DNA of 64,000 nucleotides from Lama glama (taxonomy: Eukaryota). The notes under the pieces were generated by a model. It saw only the letters and a list, made by a program, of their open reading frames with translations, was not told the origin of the DNA and ran no database searches. How positions within the stretch are numbered: the stretch's first letter is position 1; each line of letters begins with the position of its first letter. Positions 24,702-36,625 of the stretch are shown one piece after another. The DNA lies in assembly GCA_028534125.1 (NCBI GenBank), contig CM052816.1, forward strand, positions 71,860,001-71,924,000. The letters run 5' to 3'. A program made the position numbers and the translations under genes.

Positions 24702-26248
24702 TAAGTAATTCAGTTCTGAAGTCTTCCACCAGTCTCTGAATTTGCTGACATTTTTTATTCTTATATTTTATGTCTTTTTTATACTTAATCCTATCTTAAG
24801 GGAAACCTATAGAAATAATGAAAAATGAACTGAATATTGAAGTGATCATTTGAAATCAGGATAGATGTGTATAAAAGTGGGCCAAACAGCTTTGAGACTT
24901 CCCCTGACAAAACGGAAACTAGGGGCCATTGAGACAAACAACATCTAGGTTTGCTGGTATATAAAGGGAAAATGGCTGAATATTATAAGATCAGGGGAAG
25001 AGAGTATTTTTCATGATTCCTTGATGCAATAGAGGAAGAAATGCAACTCAGTCTTGTGGCATGGGTCTGGCTCTCCCCACTCAGATACCTGTGACTCCTG
25101 CCTTCCATAGCATAGCCTCCCACAACCCAACTGGAAGAGTGACAGCTATTAAATCCTGTGGGGAAAAATGTCTACACACACATATGTTTACATAAGAAAA
25201 AGTTAAAATTGTTGGGAAAATAAGATAATAAATTATACTATATTAAATAAAGCTCACCCAATGTCTGTAAACTGTTATCAATTTAGACTGAATAACATTA
25301 GTTAGAATCATGCTGGTTTCATGTCATTTACAACCAGCATTTCAATGTGAGCTAAAATCCAAAGAGGTGTTTTCTTTAAGAGATTGAGTTTTTTTTTTCC
25401 TTTTTCTTTCAATCACAGTGGGTAAGATTAGAAGGATTTTTCTTATACATGTACATGCTTCATCACTTCCTATGATCATGAATCTTAAGTATGTTGGGAT
25501 ATTCAAAAAAGTCTGACACATAATTTCTTTAATGAGAACATTTTCTAAAAATTCACTGCCAATTTGAAAGGTCCCCTGAGCAAGTTTGTGATTATCATTG
25601 AAATTTTTACTTATTAATTTTTAAATATGAAGTTCCTTTGGTCATGCCACATTCCCAAACTGGCTTTCCAAACGTTCATCCATGTTCCCATGAGTTAATG
25701 GAAAACGTTAGTGGGGAGAAGGAAAATCCAGGCACACACTGAACTTCCATTTGTGAGAGCAAGTTAGGTCCCAAGAATCCAATCCCTTTTGAAAGGAGAT
25801 CAAAGCCACACAACTCAACACGTGTTTGCGATATCTAATTTATATCAGGACTAGATGAATCCAGATGCACGTTGGGTCCAACATCTTGAACTATTTGCCA
25901 AATGTTTGAGACTTAATAAAATCTAAACTCCACCTGGCACCTTTAGGTTAATTTTAAAGCAATCATTATTCCCCAGGAAACTGAAAACATGTGTTTCTGA
26001 TTTGTTCACACTTAAGTCATCAAAATATTATTTCGCAAAGTGATTTGATAGCCAAGAAACCTCTTGGATGCTCTTTTTCCTGGAAGTAAGAAATTTGGTT
26101 TTGCCTGAGGAATTTGGCTAATTCCTCTGTTAAAATAGGCTTCTGGGGTCATGATGAGGCAGATGGATACCTTAAGTGACACCAACCAGTAGCCTGGCTA
26201 GTGGCAGGCTGTGTATTCTTCTGTCTCAACCTCCTACCACCACCACCT

Positions 26249-26275
26249 GTGTGCGCGCACACACACACACACACA
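26249..26275 (+). repeat. Compound (TG)(CG)(CA)n microsatellite
   Basis: gtgtgcgcgcacacacacacacacacac. Confidence 0.9.
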
Positions 26276-26749
26276 CCCCAGACTTGTCTCTCAGAGATAC
26301 TCAAATTCTCCATCTTCCTCAGTATTCAGTGTCATCTATAAGGGAAGATTTCCAAGTGCTGGTGGAGAGAGATAAACTCAGCTGTGGTCTCTGTTCATCT
26401 ACTTAGAGGCTCTGAGACTTTTGAGAAGACTCTTAACCTCTTTGGGCCATGTCTCCTTCATCTGAAAAATTCTGGTGAGAAATGTTAGCACTTATTGCAG
26501 GAATTAGGCTAAAGTCTTTCCCAGCAACTTTTTCCTAGAAAACATTTGTTACAAGACTCAGAGTGCTCTAAAGCACAATTCCAGATGTGGTAGGATGCAG
26601 CAGGAGAGGCGGTGGATATACCTGCTTTTAATTAAAATAAAACTATCCGTACAGAAGAAAAATTATTTTTTAAAACCTCCAATAAATCAACCAGAAAACT
26701 GACAGTCCCTTGCAGATTCCAAGGGATTCTGAATCCTAAAATACTATTG

Positions 26750-27318
26750 GGTAATAGTTTCCCTAACCCTACATCCATCCTGTAGTCTATTTTCCAGACA
26801 GCAACAAATAAAAAAGAAATCACATTATGTTGCTCCCATCCATAAACATCCCAATGGCTTCTCACTATACCCAGAAGAAGCTGATGTTCTTGTCACAGCC
26901 TAGGATGAGGTCATAATAGATCTGGGTCCTGGCCACCTGCTTGACCTCATCTCCTGCCACTGTGCCCTGCACACCTGATACTTCAGCTTCCTGGTCCTGA
27001 TCACACTCAGGGTCTTTGTTCTTGCTGTTCCATCAGCCTGCAATACTCTTCATCCAGATAGCCCAATGCCTCACTCCTTCCTTTCATTCAATTCTATGCT
27101 CATATGGTACCTAACCCAATGGGGCACTCCTCAACTTCTGTAAACAGAGAGCATCCCAAGGCACTATTTCTTCCTTCATTCTGTTTTACTTTTCTTCAAA
27201 TATTTCTTACTCCTTCCTTGACATTATATATATTTGACAGTTTATACTTTGTTCTTTATCCCCAGTATCTACAGACAATACCTGATGCTCAATAAATATT
27301 TATTAAAAAATGAATTAA
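26750..27318 (+). mobile_element. L2a 3' region
   Basis: cccatccataaacatcccaatggcttctcact...cagggtctttgttcttgctgttcc...atgctcaataaatatttattaaaaaatgaat. Confidence 0.85.
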
Positions 27319-27329
27319 AAGGTACATTT

Positions 27330-27720
27330 TTAAAATCCATGCTAACAAATTACTTCCAGCAAATTCTGTCAATTTATATATCCTGCAGTGACATATACAA
27401 TAATCATTTTTACTGCATCCTCAGTAATACTGGGTTATTAATGTATATAATTTGATGAGAGGTATTTATATATAATTTTTGAAAGAAGGCAAATGTTCAT
27501 GGTTGTCTAAATGAATACCTTTTGGACATTAATAATTCTTCTTTTATTAGACCTATTTTCACGGGGGTGTACGTCTTTTAAAAATCAATTTGTAATAACT
27601 TTCTTACAAAAGAAATTGTAATGACATATATGACTGGCTATCATATATGTTGCATTGTTTCCCAGTTTGTTTTTGTGGGTACACTAATATGCTATTTTTT
27701 AAAAAATTATTTGCTGAAAT
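27330..27720 (-). mobile_element. Ancient L1 (L1ME-like) fragment
   Basis: T-rich antisense L1ME-like sequence (actgcatcctcagtaatactgggttatta..., atatatgttgcattgtttcccagtttg). Confidence 0.55.
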
Positions 27721-28959
27721 TTAGCAATGTTATTCTTATGCCTCTTCCTTTGCTGGTAACTGAATGTTGATGATTGCCATAACAACAACCAGAAAAGCCA
27801 CGCAAGGATGGAAGACAAGGTGATTGGCTTCATCACATCTGAAGCAGGACGTGATGGCAGAAGCCCCCGATAAAAGACCATGTGGCCCAAACCAGAGCTG
27901 GAGCTGTCTTGACTGGCCATCTTGGCTTACGGCTCGCTGCTCGAGCACTTTCTTTCCTTTTCCTTTTTTGAGCAATCAAGAGGCTTTTCACTTTGTCCCT
28001 CTGCCTCTGCTGCAAGTTCTTTCACAGCTGGAGGTAAAGACTCACACTTTGGTGGGCTTCCTAATTTAGGGGTCTTGCTAATGCGTTGAGCCTTTAGCAG
28101 GTGTTTATGGGTCAGTTTTAGCAGAATAATGCAGAAAAAAGCTAAACTGGGAAGGACAAAGGGCAGAGAGGTGGTTAAAGGAGCTAACAATGCAGAAGGC
28201 AACCTAGACTCAAGGGGGGGTAGCAGAGGGGACAAAAGAAAATAATAGTTGGAGGGTGTGGCAGGGTCAGTGGGAAAGACGCTTCAATGATGGAAAGCCT
28301 GTAGAGGCATAGGATGAGGAAAGGAAAAATAGGGGGGAAAATGACCTGAATGTGGGGATAAAAACCACCTCTAATGAGCATTTGCTAGGTCCTAGATATC
28401 CCTGTGATAGGCAAGGATTTTCCCTTTTTCACAGCAACCTTAATAAGTTCCATTAAACACAGAGAACACAGAAGCCCCATGAAATTAGGTAAGTTGACCA
28501 GGAAGGCACGGGGTCACAGAGACCCCAGAGCCAGAGCCCCGACCCACCATGCATCCCCCTCCTCACGGCGAGTGGGGAGCCCAGGCAAGAGCAAGGAGAG
28601 ATGTGCAGAGAGCTGGAAGAAAGGGTACCAGTGATTGCTTCTGGGTAATGGCACCTAGACACACTGGGGAGAACGAGGGCACCATTTCAGTTTTGATGTT
28701 ACTTTAATTTCACACAATAAACAGAATAATAAACGATATCAAGACTAAAAGTGACAGCCTGAATTTTAATGGTGGGATTTTTTTGGTTTAGTACAAACCC
28801 CACCTCAATCAGCTATATAAATAAACTTCTTTCCTTGATTAAGAAAGTAACCTAGCAAAAAACTGTAACCATAATACTAAGAGGCAGTCCATGTAAAGTA
28901 AAATATTTTGGCACCTCCAGCTTGACTTCTAAAAAGTAATTTCTGGTAATAATTTTTAA

Positions 28960-29520
28960 GTATTCTTTAGAAATCTATGCATGTGCAAATGATATGTATG
29001 TGTGGGTACATATTTCCATACTTTAATTTTAAAAAAATAAACAAAATCACAAGTATTTTGGACAGTATTCCACATCACTGGTTCTCTGAGTAGCTTTATA
29101 CTAGTTTCTTATATGTAGGACAATAATATATTTAGTAGTAATCCCTTACTACTGGACATTTTTGATACATTTTCAGAATTATTATTGCAAACCATGACAA
29201 TGGACTCTTCACACACTTTTCTTGTTATTACAAACCATGACAATGAAGCCAATGATACGTATTTTTGTAGGAAAATTCTTAGACTCAAATTGCGTTTTAA
29301 ATCTGTGTAGATATTGCCAAATTTCTATCCACAGAGGTTGTACTGATTTCCGTTCTCACTGTGAGACAGCCTGTTGACCCGCTCCTTGCCAAATTTATGT
29401 GTTGCCAAACTTTTTTTATCCGATGTGCATAAAATTGTGTCATTTTACTTTGTACTTATAAATTATGAGGACAGTTGAACATTTTTTCATGCATTTCCAG
29501 GAACTGTTGGATTTTATTTT
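28960..29520 (-). mobile_element. Ancient L1 (L1ME-like) 3' fragment
   Basis: gtagatattgccaaatttctatccacagaggttgtactgatttccgttctcac...gttgaacattttttcatgcattt. Confidence 0.7.
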
Positions 29521-31684
29521 TAATTTAGTAACAAAGATGTAAATGTACTAGACAGAAAAGGGAGGGGGGAAATAACTTTTATAAGTTAAAAGAAGCCTGA
29601 TATAAAAGGAGTAGCAAAGGAAATAACAGAAGAGGGTGATGAACGCTGACCTATTGTGGGAGAAACAGAGTGACTGGCTAGCTTTTAACTTCTATAGAGA
29701 AAATTCTCCTACATCTTAAACGCTGTTTTAGAGAGTCAAATTCTTTCTTCTTGTCCGTTTCCTTGTCATTCCGTCAAAGACTGTGCCATATTTCAGAGTT
29801 GAGTCTTTGTGTATCTGAAAAATTTTAAATAGCTTTCCTCTGTTAAAGGCTGTGGATGCCTGTGTGAACCTCTAGTTGTAATTTAATGGAAGCTTCTGCT
29901 TAAGCATTAGCCCTTTTAACTAATTTCCCAAATATTGCAAAAGCCTGTGGGAAATGTAGTCAAGGGACTGTTTTAAGAGTGATTCCATTGTCTCGTCTAT
30001 TTTGTAATTTGATAATTATAGTTCCCATATGAGGAATGGTAATGTCTATTAACATATCATATCCTTAACCCAAGAAATATGGGCACAATATAATTTACCT
30101 CTATTGACTGTACTGCAGACTTACCGTGATCCATGCACTCTGCAGGTCACTGGGAAGTCAGCAGTGAGGGAGTCACAGTCCCATTGTGGACAGAAGCAAA
30201 TAAATGCTTAATTAATAAGAAGTGTGAATTTTAGGACCAGATATTTATAAAAACACGTAGAATATGTGACTCTCCCAGTATCAGGAAAGAGGAAAGATTC
30301 CTGTAGAATTTGTAGTTGAGCTACAGCTAAAAGATAATAAACCACTTACATTTTTTTTTACGCACTAAAAACCTACTTCTATTCTAAATCATAGTAAATC
30401 ATAGTGTGTGGTAGCTACAACAAACCTACTCTTGTACCAGGTACAAGATCTGAAGTTCATCACTGGTCACAAGATCTTTAAATTTTCTGTAAGGTCCTTT
30501 GAAGTAGTGAAACTAAAAGATGGGGTGGGGAATACATAGAAAATCAGTCTGATGTGATTAGTATATTCTTCAAATCTATATTCTGCTTCATCAGTAACTT
30601 GCATTAATCTCATCAACTTCTAATAATTCTAAGAGGCTTGATTTCTAAAATTCTAAATTCAAGTGTCATGTAACGTTACTGATGTACATAAAATGTATTA
30701 TTACTCTTGTTATTATTATATAAGCTCACTTGTCTTGTCTGGTAGTAACATTAGAAGATATACCCTATATTCTTGCTCCCTCCCCAAAACTGGCATTCTT
30801 AGTATTTACTTTGAATCACAGACATCTCCCTGATAAAGGAGCTATCACTTCATGTTTGTAATAGCCTGTAGAGTGTTCATCTGATCAAAGCCATTTTTAA
30901 AATACCAGCCCTCGAAGTCAAGTTAGAAAGGAAAAACTTAGTGATGACAGAATCATCACAAAATTCATAGAAAACAAGAAATCAGGTTAATTAACAATCA
31001 ACGTAAGCCAATTACCATTATTTTTAATGATAGTGGAAATGGCTGAAGGATACGTCATTGTGGAAAATAGCAGAACGAGAGAGGGATGGGGAGTTCCAGC
31101 ATTCCATTAAAAATAAATGACTGAAATCACAGGTTCAAATCCTAGAAGGCATGTTTCAGCTTTAAGTCACTCGCCTCTGACAAAGAGAATACACGCAAGC
31201 CATTCAGAGGAGTCAGTTTAAAGACGTCTGTATCCGGCCTGATGCGCGTGGCTACAGTCAGCTATGGCAGTGCGAGAAACAAACACAGTTTGTAATTAAT
31301 TACCTTGGCTTGAACTGACTTTATTTAACTGATATTAATGTAGTGTATATTTTTTCACATGGTATGTTTGGCTGTTAATCCCTTCAATTCATGAGAGCTT
31401 TATTATCCTTGGGATTTGTGTTGTGGGCTGGTTTTTTGTTAGTTTGTTTGTTTTTTCAAATAGGGCCACTTTATAACAAGCATGTTCATTTCCTTAATCT
31501 GGCTTTCAAGATCTTCTCAGGGTCTCGTAATGATCTGTAATGACCTTTCCCATTTTCTCTCCCACAATTCCCTGCCCCAAGCCGACCTGGACTAGTCACT
31601 CCTTTCCAAGTAAACCCCAACTTTCTTCTCCTTAGAAACTGCTTTCTCCTGTCCGTATCTGCAATTCTTTCTGCTTTTTCTTAA

Positions 31685-32080
31685 GTGTCAGCTTCCCTGG
31701 GAACAGAACTGAAAGCAAGAGTTCATGTTCAAGGGATTTACTGAGGAAGCACTCTGCTCCCAAGAGACACCACTAAGCAGCTGGAGGAAGGGGATGACGT
31801 CAGTTGAGGTGCAGTCTTAGAAAAAAATCTCAACCTCAGCCTGATTCCATGGGGGGGCTCTGGAAGGCGTATTACGTACACCTCAGAGTTTGTCCTCATT
31901 TGAGAACTTCTCCGTCACCAGTCATGGGCAAAGGACTGGGCAAGGGAAGAGGCAAACATAAATCCTGTGAACGTGCACAAGTCAGAGAAGCCACAAGGAG
32001 ACAGAAACTGGGAGAGAGGCACAGAGGCATGGTCACAAGTATTTGGAGACCTGGGCAGAGCACCGGCAGTGTCAACTACA
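31685..32080 (-). mobile_element. ERVL-class LTR (LTR33/LTR41/LTR16-like)
   Basis: gtcagcttccctgggaacagaactgaaagcaagagttcatgttcaagggatttactgaggaagcactc resembles the antisense end of these ERVL LTRs. Confidence 0.55.
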
Positions 32081-32328
32081 GTTACCATACAGATGTCACA
32101 TTGTCAAACGACTCATGAGGGTGCTCTCAGACAGGATTAGCAGGATCCATGTAGGGTGTTGAATTACTCTTATAGCACAGTTCTTATTCTGCAGTGTCTG
32201 TTGATTTGGGTACTTGTCTTTTAATCATTTTGAGGGCAGTGTTTTTGTCTCATTCATGATTGCAGTCTTTCAAATGCCTATCCTCGTGGCTCGCATGAAT
32301 TAGATATGCAATAAAAAGTCACTGATTT

Positions 32329-32353
32329 GAAATGAAATGAAATGAAATGAAAT
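32329..32353 (+). repeat. (GAAAT)5 microsatellite
   Basis: gaaatgaaatgaaatgaaatgaaat. Confidence 0.9.
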
Positions 32354-33244
32354 TAAACAAAAATGTTTAAATGGGGTCCCCATCTTGGTACCAAATTCTT
32401 CAGCGTAACCAATATTCTTATAATAAAGTTCTATTGTTACTTCTAGATGAAGGAATCACTAGAAACTAAAAATAAAGAGAAGAATCATTTAATAATTCAA
32501 TAACTGAAATAAAAAAACTCAGAGTGAAACCCTCAGAAAAAATTGAGTTCTAAATTTTTCAGAATTCAAAAGAAACAAGTACTGAATTCCTAATAACTCT
32601 CTATCCTGGTAATTCCTTGCTCTTCAAAGACTTCATAAATTTTGCAGAGTAGGAATTGGGCAGAAGGGGTCTTGCCACTCACCCACAGCCTGCAAGGGTC
32701 TATTCACCATTAACAGGGCATCAGCTGGCACATCCTTGCTCTAGTGCCCGGATCCCTGATGACTTGACTCCCATTTAGGTATTTCTTTTGACCTTGAGTC
32801 ACTAAATTTTCCTCAGTTGCCCTAAGTAAGAAGTTGGTATGCTGATACTTCTGATCGATGGAGGGGAAAAAAAAAAAAAAACAGGTTCAAAGTGAGATAA
32901 CCCAAACATGCCATACAGCCAACACTGATCAAAGAGTGGATTGAGTGCCCCTATTAATGCAAACTTTGGCTCCAAGCAGAATGTGCTGATAATGGTTTGG
33001 AGGAAGAGAATCACTAAACTCACAGAAAAAGTTTTCCACTACTTTACACAAGCCACTTACCCTGGCATTCCCTTAATTTCTAAACCCTGCTTACCAGAGG
33101 GGCTGAAATAGCAAGCACAGATTTGAACCTTACTTTCTCATGTATCCATCACCTACTTCATTAAATGGGAACAGCTTCATAGAACCAATGGATTCATATA
33201 CTATTAGAATTCATAGAGTTACAGGACGATCTAGCTAGTCCAGT

Positions 33245-33335
33245 CTCTACTATAGATAAAATAGATAAACAACAAGGCCCTACTGTATAGCCCAGTGAAC
33301 TGGGCTATATTCAACACCTTGTAATGGCCTTTAAT
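33245..33335 (+). mobile_element. Short artiodactyl-type L1 3'UTR fragment
   Basis: ataaaatagataaacaacaaggccctactgtatagc...tatattcaacaccttgtaatggcctttaat. Confidence 0.8.
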
Positions 33336-33739
33336 ACAATATTCTTTCTAGTATAACACACTATCTCCTAAGTTATTCCAACAATTCAGAAATAGTTTGA
33401 CTAAATTACACTCTCGAAATATAATTCCATATAGCAAGAGTTCCCAGTAAAATAGTCCCCAATATTAGAGGCAAACAAATGTTGAATAATACATGATTTT
33501 TACTTAACAGTAAACTAAATTTTAATATGAGATTATATCTCAGATTATACCTGTTTCTGATACACTAATATCTTATTTCATTGAAACTATGACACTATAA
33601 ATGGAAAAATATACTGTTACCTTACTCATCACTAAGGAAAATATGTCAATTAAACCATACTTCACACTTTCAGAGAGATTGCAATGTTTTTTTAAAAAAT
33701 TTATCATAAAATCAATGAAATATATATATTATATGTATT

Positions 33740-34955
33740 ATTATGTATAAATTCATTAAGCCTTTCTATCTTTGAGATAGAACTGTTGGCAAATAGTTAA
33801 TAAAAATTTTAAAAAGAGATAGAACATATTTGAACATATTTATAATACATACATATTACTTTTATTGCTTTAATATTCAGCACTCAAAAGAATTTAACTC
33901 TTGGGGTCATAAAATTAGTTTCAAAATTCTGCTTTTTAAAAACGTGCTTAGTCACTTATACCAGAAAATGTACAAGGAACATCTAAAAAGGAAGAAATTT
34001 GGAATAATCTGGTAATAGGAATAAACAAACAAACAAACAAATAAAAGCCATCTATATCAACGTTTTGGTCAAAGTATTTACAAAATAATAATAGAGGAAA
34101 AAAATCCACAAATTAGAACCCATGAGCTATGGTCAACATTGTCCTCAGAGGAAATTCATAGTCTTAAAATTTTATGTGAGAAAAAATGAAAACAACAAGT
34201 ATTCAGTAAATAGCAGGAAAAGATAAAATGTACTGAAAGAATTAACAAAGATAAAGCCAAAATCAATAAATATAAATAAAAGCAACCCAATAGCCAATTG
34301 TTTGCATGAAAATATAATGTAATAAGTTAGTTAATAGCCACATTATTCAAGAAACAAACAAAAAACCCATAAATATATTAAGTTAAAAATATTGATTGGA
34401 GAGGTAGCAAGTTAAAAATTAGATACGAGTATAAATTCAAGTATAAAAGACAAATTAAAAGTAGGAAATTGACATAACTTAAATTAAAATACCCTGAAAA
34501 TGTACATTTTACTCTATTCAATATGGGTGATTTTCTATGATAATATAAATGGAAAAAAGTAACAACAAATTAAATCAATTAATACAGAAGAAACAGGAAA
34601 TCACCATCGCTCTCACATCACCAAAAATATGTGCCTAAGACAGTTTCACAAATCAATTCATCAATTCTTTCAAACCTACAAACAACATGTAGATTATTTG
34701 AACAATTTTAGATCACACTTAGAAAAGGAAAATGTCCAGTCTTCAAAGTCAATGCCAAAATATAGTACAAAAAAGAAAAACTGTACAATATTGGTAAATA
34801 GTATTTATGGATAGTGTTGCTAAAGTCCTAAATATAATATTGAATATGTAAAAACAGTGAAATATGATCAAGTTGAGTGCATCCTAGGAACATAAATATA
34901 ATTCAGCCCTAGAAATGCTGTGAGTGAATCAAAGGAGAAAAGGAAAATGATAATC
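33740..34955 (+). mobile_element. Very old L1 ORF2-region remnant (L1M5/L1ME-like)
   Basis: A-rich with recognisable L1 ORF2 pieces: cagaggaaattcatagtcttaaa, aattaacaaagataaagccaaaatcaataaa, atgatcaagttgagtgcatcctagga. Confidence 0.7.
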
Positions 34956-35059
34956 CTCATGGATGATGTCTGCTTGTTACTCTTCCCTGTCTAGTTGAAT
35001 TTGGGGACTGGGGAACCACGGGACGAGAATAGAGGGGGGAAGGACAGTGAAAAGAGGGT

Positions 35060-35272
35060 ATTTGTACCCCCAGCTCCTCAAACATCACAACTCCTCCCAA
35101 AGCAGCCCTCTCTACATGACAGTCTCTTTCAGTTTCCTTAAACACTCCTCTTAGCAACTCAAGTATAGTGGGTAACAGCCCAGGAGCTGCTTTATTCCTT
35201 GTGGCTTCCCCATATCCTGACTCGCACTTTTGACGTTAACCTTTTATTAAACCCTCCTGGATCATCTTGAGT
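35060..35272 (+). mobile_element. ERVL LTR fragment (LTR33-like)
   Basis: tttattccttgtggcttccccatatcctgactcgcacttttg...cttttattaaaccctcctggatcatcttgag. Confidence 0.5.
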
Positions 35273-35455
35273 TATAAAACTCAATATTGTTAAGATAGCA
35301 GTTCCCACCAAATTGACCTACAGATTCAATGCAATCCCAGTTAAAATCTCAGTGGCTTTTGGTAGAAATTGACAAGCTACTTTTAAAATTCAGATGGTAA
35401 TACAAAGGAGCTAGAATATGGAAACAACTTTGAAAAAGATGAACAAAGTTAAAAG
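35273..35455 (+). mobile_element. L1 ORF2 fragment (L1MB/MC-like)
   Basis: actcaatattgttaagatagcagttcccaccaaattgacctacagattcaatgcaatcccagttaaaatc is the classic L1 ORF2 'YRFNAIP' segment. Confidence 0.9.
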
Positions 35456-35457
35456 GC

Positions 35458-35670
35458 ACAGACTGGAACTCACAGCCCCGGTTGAAATCTCAGCTTCTGT
35501 GACCCTGGGCTACTCGGTGCCTCAGTTTCCCGCTCTGTGAGTGTGGCTAACAATGGTACCTCCCTCACTGGGTTGTTATGACGACCAGATGAGTCAACAT
35601 TTGTAAAGAGCTTAGAACAGTGCTGGCATTGCCTCAGTGCTCTCTGAGTGTTTGTTAAATAAAGTAAAAT
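35458..35670 (+). mobile_element. MIR SINE
   Basis: ctgtgaccctgggc...gtgcctcagtttcccgctctgtgagtg...atttgtaaagagcttagaacagtgctggca. Confidence 0.85.
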
Positions 35671-35989
35671 GCAGTCATTGCTCTCGTTAGCAGTTGGGAG
35701 GAGACCTCAGATACAGTGTAAGTCATCCAGGCATTGCTAGAGCTTCCCACACCTTCCTGAGGTCGGGATGGGAAATGAGACAAGCAGGGAGGGCGTCACC
35801 AGTGGGTTGGGCTCTCCAGTAGAGCATGGATGCACAGCGTGGGCCTCTACAGTTGGAAGGCTGCTTCCTCCACTAGGGGCCTTTCCCCATGTTCATGATT
35901 TGGAGAGAGGGAGGCAAGGAAAGGGGTGTCACATTTGTGGGAAGAGAATAATTTTTTTAAAATATGAAATAAATGCACATTCTTTCTTA

Positions 35990-36625
35990 TATTTAAAGGA
36001 ACGCATGCTAAACAAGATACGATTTATCACTTGTCTATTTGACAAAATAGCGAAGTTTTATAATGTCCAGTGTTGGTGAGAGGGTACAGGTAGTGATGAG
36101 GGACTGTGAATATGGACAGACAATGCACATTTGGTGCCATCAGTCTACACTTGAAATGTATGTGGTTTTGACTCAGAATTTCTATTTCAGGAATTTATTC
36201 AATAGAAAAACTGGGGCAAGAGAGAAATATGCATATGGATAGTACAGCATTGTTGGTAATAATAGATAATTTTTTAACTTATATATTCATTCATATTATT
36301 ACAAAAATTATGCCGCAGCCATGAGATGGAAAATTAAGTAGCTCAAAGAAAGTTACATTTTTGTGCTAACATGGAAAAGTTTCAAATATATATTGTTGAA
36401 CAAAACAAAAAGCAAGTTGCAGAAGAATATAAATAGAATTCAAGCATTTGTCAAGTATGCTGCATAAATATGGAAATTATTAATAATTATTACCTCAAAG
36501 GTATAGGACTTAGATCTTGGGTTCTGGCAAGAATCATATGTGTGTATGTAATTTACCATTAAATATTTTTAACCATATACATTCATTGTTTTTATTAAAA
36601 TCAATTATTTTTTATTAAAAATAAA
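35990..36625 (+). mobile_element. L1ME-like 3' region
   Basis: tttatcacttgtctatttgacaaaatagcgaagttttataatgtccagtgttggtgagagg...tttgactcagaatttctatttcaggaatttattc. Confidence 0.75.

Noticed and set aside
30430..30448. 9-bp perfect palindrome tcttgtacc-a-ggtacaaga
   Set aside because: Short enough to occur by chance in 64 kb, with no supporting context.
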